From assembly GCF_036365525.1 (NCBI RefSeq), contig NC_090371.1:33835387-33899386 (forward strand): a stretch of DNA of 64,000 nucleotides. The letters are read 5' to 3'. Shown piece after piece: positions 63,546 through 64,000 of the stretch. Within the stretch, counting starts at the first letter, position 1; every line of letters begins with the position of its first letter. The notes under the pieces were generated by a model. The model was not told where the DNA came from. It saw only the letters and a program-made list of their open reading frames with translations, and did not search any database. The translations under genes were made by a program, and so were the position numbers. The stretch comes from Heterodontus francisci. Lineage: Eukaryota.

Positions 63546-64000
63546 AATATAACCGTTGGTTGTCACCAGTCACAGCAATGCCACCAAGAAGCACCTGAGA
63601 GCATTGTAGTACTTACTGAAGCACCTGGGATTAAGACTGCTGCGTGTATGGGGGAGAAACACTAAAAACAACTGTTTGGGCTGAACGACCTGTTTCCATT
63701 TTTTCATTTCTATAGTGGCCAATTTGTTTACATATTCTTACTAACACTCTTCAGTGGAATTAGTTGCATACTCCTATGGTAGAGGACACTTCTCTTCAGA
63801 GGTACATGCAAGGTGGGAAGAAAACAATGTAAAACCTCTACGACTAGTCCCAATCATATCAACAGTGAATGATTTGGCCAAAGAGCAATTTGTATTTATA
63901 TTGTGCCTTTAATGTAATAAAATGTCGCAAGGCATTTCATAGGAGTACAAATCAAAACCTGACACTGAGCCGCTTAAGGAGATTTTAGGATGGATGAGGT

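Overview
This is a eukaryotic (vertebrate) window, most likely from a shark or other elasmobranch, judged by the V-SINE/HE1-like, CR1, Penelope and Harbinger repeat families. It is almost entirely transposon-derived intergenic or intronic DNA, and I could not support any intact host protein-coding gene. It contains: a full-length but disabled RTE LINE with a 61-bp target-site duplication; a near-full-length CR1 LINE with a zinc-finger/esterase ORF1, plus many CR1/L2-type fragments; five or more Penelope-like elements (PLEs) whose tails carry minimal hammerhead-ribozyme motifs; two Gypsy-type LTR elements and a probable solo LTR; decayed Harbinger and hAT DNA transposons and MITEs; tRNA-derived SINEs; and three tandem arrays (36 bp x ~138, 25 bp x ~117, 65 bp x ~10). 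The most interesting observations are the hammerhead motifs with stem-II covariation, a 5-kb minisatellite that seems to have grown out of a Harbinger Myb/SANT gene start, a CCAAT-containing monomer array upstream of a CR1 ORF1, and two fold-back hairpins. All calls come from reading the sequence by eye. No database search was run, and many element boundaries are approximate.
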